A stretch of 64,000 bases of DNA from Clostridia bacterium (GTDB lineage Bacteria; Bacillota; Clostridia; Acetivibrionales; STF1-152). The notes under the pieces are model-generated. The model did not search any database. It was not told where the DNA came from and saw nothing but the letters and a program-made list of their open reading frames with translations. Position 1 is the first letter of the stretch; every line of letters starts with the position of its first letter. A program made the position numbers and the translations under genes. Location of the stretch: assembly GCA_028280575.1 (NCBI GenBank), contig JANQLN010000067.1:17325-81324 (forward strand), given 5' to 3'. This document shows, one piece after another, positions 63,871 to 64,000 of the stretch.

Positions 63871-64000
63871 TTACACCTCCAGCTCCCAATTGTAAGATTT
63901 CTCATTGGCTGACCACAATTGCTGATAGAGATCTGAACACCTCATTAAATCATCGTGTGAACCCTTTTCAATAATTCTTCCTTTATTGATCACCATAATG
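63871..64000 (-). CDS. C-terminal end of a second exporter-type ABC ATPase/permease (partial, runs off the window)
   Basis: The minus-strand translation reads ...VINKGRIIEKGSHDDLMRCSDLYQQLWSANEKSYNWELEV*. This is a typical ABC exporter C-terminus. Confidence 0.7.
   Translation of the reverse strand, partial: IMVINKGRIIEKGSHDDLMRCSDLYQQLWSANEKSYNWELEV

Noticed and set aside
1-64000. Scan of the whole window for CRISPR arrays, rRNA or tRNA genes, IS elements, integrases and prophage genes.
   Set aside because: I saw no regularly spaced direct repeats, no conserved rRNA or tRNA sequence blocks and no transposase, integrase or phage-like ORFs. The only repeat structures are the short motifs and palindromes reported in the features and findings.

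Overview
This is a low-GC, Clostridia-like chromosomal window. I call about 52 protein genes, nearly all on the minus strand. I saw no rRNA, tRNA, CRISPR array, transposase, integrase or phage genes.

Gene blocks in order:
- 0-7 kb: aroF-tyrA, rex, and an RND efflux pump followed by a TetR regulator.
- 7-12 kb: cwlD; two unknown genes behind a REC-GGDEF response regulator whose signature reads GGDDF; a tiny Zn-ribbon protein; and an ECF S-component plus methyltransferase pair behind a terminator-containing leader.
- 12.6-37.4 kb: a 25-kb single-strand glycan-utilisation locus. It holds two ABC importers with no ATPase gene, a 951-aa binding protein with tandem CBM-like modules, an NHL-TPR-Yip1 fusion membrane protein, a DUF5696-like secreted protein, a GH55-like lipoprotein, a 1424-aa GH2-like enzyme, a sortase-anchored protein and two tandem paralogous GntR/LacI-type regulators.
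- 37.4-45.7 kb: an inverted-repeat element, three flavoprotein genes, sdaAB-sdaAA with a YkvI-like permease, and a Cys-type sulfatase divergent from an AraC regulator.
- 45.8-49.2 kb: a small Q-rich protein, a FetB-like permease with no ATPase gene, a membrane-anchored Mrr_cat-like protein and a PIN-PhoH ATPase.
- 49.2-58.1 kb: queT behind a preQ1-I riboswitch, pfk, a 33-bp perfect palindrome, then asnS, orf85, leuA, ilvC, ilvN and ilvB behind a T-box leader with a probable Leu (CUC) specifier.
- 58.2-64 kb: a small unknown gene, htrA, a DUF951 gene, and a family-5 binding protein downstream of two exporter-type ABC genes.

My best candidate for an undescribed system is the cassette at 17.3-26.7 kb inside the glycan locus: giant binding protein, two permeases, NHL-TPR-Yip1 protein and DUF5696-like protein. 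Secondary curiosities are the 37.5-kb inverted-repeat element, several recurrent intergenic motifs, and the GGDDF response-regulator operon. All calls come from reading the sequence and from remembered family signatures. No searches were run.
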